A stretch of 64,000 bases of DNA from Felis catus. Its lineage: Eukaryota. A program made the translations under genes and the position numbers. Shown here in pieces: positions 61,829 to 64,000 of the stretch. Position 1 is the first letter of the stretch. Every line of letters starts with the position of its first letter. Location: positions 20,772,001-20,836,000 of the forward strand of contig NC_058383.1 in the NCBI RefSeq assembly GCF_018350175.1, given 5' to 3'. Under the pieces are notes generated by a model that saw only the letters and a list, made by a program, of their open reading frames with translations, was not told where the DNA came from and searched no databases.

Positions 61829-63153
61829 GTCATGGCGATACAATAAAAAATACGTCTTTCGGTCTTCACCCTTGGCTCCTGGCCACAGCTCATAAAATCT
61901 TTGTAGTTTCCGGGGCGCCTGGGTGGCTCGGTCGGTGAAGGCTCCAACTCTTGATTTCTGCTCGGGTCATGATCTCATCGTTCGTGAGCTCAAGCCCCAC
62001 ATCAGGCTCTGCGCGGACAGCGTGGAGCCTGCTTGGGATGCTCTCTCTCCCTCTCTCTGGCCCTCCCCTGCTTGCTCTCTCTCTCTCTCTCTCTCAAAAT
62101 TAAATCAATAAACGTTTAAAATTAAAAAAAAACAACAACTCTGTGAGTTCCTTAGTGATAAAGGAAGTAGGAGCACACCTTTTGTTTATCTATTTGGTCT
62201 TTGACCTCAGTGCCTGACACAGAGCTCTTAAATCCCTGGAAAATTCCTGGGTGACAGGAGCATCTCTTGTTTTTGCCTTTTTTCCTTTTTCTTTCCTTCT
62301 TTTTCTTTCTTTCTTTTTTTTTTTTTTTTCTAATGAGGTGATCCTTGACGGGCTCTTGGATAGCTTCCTGGACGAGGGCTTCTGACATTGCGATTTATAG
62401 TAAGAAACAGATTCGGTTCTATTCCCATTTCTAGTGCAGAGCTCCTGTGTGTCAGAGCACGTGTGTCAAAACTGGTTCCAGGTCCTTAGAGGGCTGGTCA
62501 TCGGAAAGAGCAAGCCATGATCAGGAGCTCGGACCGTCCAGCCCCCGTCCTCCAGGAAGGGGGGAGGGGCTGGCGACGGAGTTCACCCATCACGCCTACG
62601 TGACAAAGCCTCCATAAGATCTCTGAACCAGGGGGTCAGAGAGCTTCTGGGTTCGTGAACACATCCAGGTGCCATGAGGGCGGTGGACCCCAACTCCACG
62701 GGGACAGAGCTCCCGAACTCAGGACTCTTCTGGAACTCGCCCTACAGATCCCTTCATCCGACTGTGTTGATCCGTATCCCTTTATCATATATCCTGGATC
62801 ATATAAGCCAGCAAATGTGTCTCCCTGAGTTCTGGGAGCTGTTCCAGCAAATTATCAAGTCGAAGGAGGGTGTTGTGGGAACCCCGATTTATAGCAGGTC
62901 AGTCAAAGAACAGGTGACCATTAGGGCCCTGAAAGTGGAGTCTGAAGAGGAAGCAGGGTTGTAGGACTGAGGTCTCGACCCTCGGGATCTAACGCGGTCT
63001 CCAAGTCAACAGTCAGCGCGGAGCTGAACCGTGGGATATGCGGTTGAGGTCTGCAGAGAATGCGAGAACTGGCGTGGCAAGAACCCCCACGCATCTGGTC
63101 CCAAACGTGTCCCGTGTGAGGAGCAGAGGAGAGATACGAGAGCGCTCTCTCTT
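61829..63153 (+). mobile_element. ERVL LTR (MER21-like)
   Basis: tttggtctttgacctcagtgcctgacacagagctcttaaatccctgg; ctaatgaggtga; gggctggtcatcggaaaga; tccctgagttctgggagctgttccagcaaatta. Confidence 0.8.
61912..62133 (+). mobile_element. Can-SINE inside the MER21-like LTR
   Basis: Canonical. Confidence 0.95.
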
Positions 63154-63628
63154 CAGCGCCATCGCCCAGGAGCGTGCTGACCTGGAAACGACGCAAATGT
63201 CTACCCGTCCTGAATGGTATGGTTGCACAACGGCGTGCCCCACAGAGCTAAAGACAAACCTCAGCCACCCTGACGGGACTCGTCACAAAACTTCGAGACT
63301 CGTCGCAAACAGAGTGTTGAGTGAAATACGCAAGGCGTAAAAAAAATGCAGCTAGTATAATTTCACCCGCGCCAATGTCAAAAACTGGCAAAACTCTTCC
63401 TGTTCAGGGAGGACGGGTGGTAAAATGAAAAAGGAAAGTGAAGAATACATGACTGTAACTTTAGATAGTGTAGATGGCCATTAGAGGGGACACAAAAGGG
63501 AGTTCAAAGGTGCTGGCTACTATCTCCCTGACCTGAGCCGTGGTACAGGATTAGCACACGTTCTTGTGTTCGTTATATTTTTGGTGCACTTTTCCGTGTG
63601 TTTTTTACAATAAAAAAGTTTAAGGGGC

Positions 63629-63842
63629 GGGGCGCCTGGGTGGCTCAGTCGGTTAAGTGGCCGACGTCAGTTCAGGTCACGGTCTCGGAGTTTGTGGGTT
63701 CGAGCCCCGCGTCGGGCTCTCTACTGACAGCTCAGAGCCTGGAGCCTGCTTTGGATTCTGTGTCTCCCTGTCTCTCTGTCTTTCTCCCACTCACGTTCTG
63801 TCTCTCTCTCTCTCTCAAAAATAAATAAACATTTAAAAAAAA
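63629..63842 (+). mobile_element. Can-SINE
   Basis: Canonical. Confidence 0.95.
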
Positions 63843-63848
63843 CTGAAA

Positions 63849-64000
63849 GGGGCACCTGGGGGGCTCAGTTGGTTAAGCATCTGACTTTGGCTCAGGTCAT
63901 AACCTCACGGTTCGTGGATTCAAGCCCCACATCGGGCTCTGCGCGGACATCTCAGAGCCTGCTTGGGATTTTCTCTCTCTCTCTGCCCCTTCCCATGCTC
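63849..64000 (+). mobile_element. Can-SINE (truncated by window edge)
   Basis: ggggcacctgggggctcagttggttaagcatctgac. Confidence 0.92.

Larger units (their letters stand above)
60760..63623 (+). mobile_element. Old L1 (L1ME-like) ORF2 3' end and 3' UTR, interrupted by SINEs and a MER21-like LTR
   Basis: aataaattggattccattaaa; aggaaatgcaaatcaaaaccaca; ggtgggagtgaaaa; aacgttcgtag|...|cagc; terminal tgcactttt...caataaaaaagtt. Confidence 0.75.

Noticed and set aside
1..64000. Novel gene cluster, defence system or CRISPR-like array
   Set aside because: The DNA is eukaryotic and repeat-dominated. The recurring ~200-bp units are dispersed SINEs with TSDs, not regularly spaced repeat-spacer units, and no ORF resembles a functional protein.

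Overview
This is mammalian, non-coding, repeat-rich DNA from a carnivore, almost certainly a cat or other felid. The window holds about 44 Can-SINE copies (tRNA-Lys-derived head GGGGCGCCTGGGTGGCTCAGTCGGTT, (CT)n, AATAAA/poly-A tail). Five of these belong to the young feline-type subfamily (TGGCGCAGTCGG...TTCAGCCAGGTCACGATCT). Most of the rest is a mosaic of older interspersed repeats: MIR, L2, CR1/L3, L1M 3' ends, MaLR/ERVL LTRs, a solo LTR with an intact target-site duplication (TSD), and hAT and Tigger MITEs. There are also microsatellites and several repeat-free blocks that may be conserved regulatory elements. I recognise no protein-coding exon, RNA gene or CRISPR array. The ORF track is explained by chance, SINE or microsatellite frames, and one fossil CR1 reverse-transcriptase fragment. 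I see no new gene system. The most interesting signals are two local copy-and-paste events. (1) A ~345-bp segment was duplicated in inverted orientation 1.1 kb away, splitting a MIR. (2) A SINE plus ~115 bp of another SINE locus's 3' flank is enclosed together within one TSD, as expected for 3' transduction or templated repair. Repeat subfamily names are from memory of consensus sequences, not from a database search, and boundaries are approximate.
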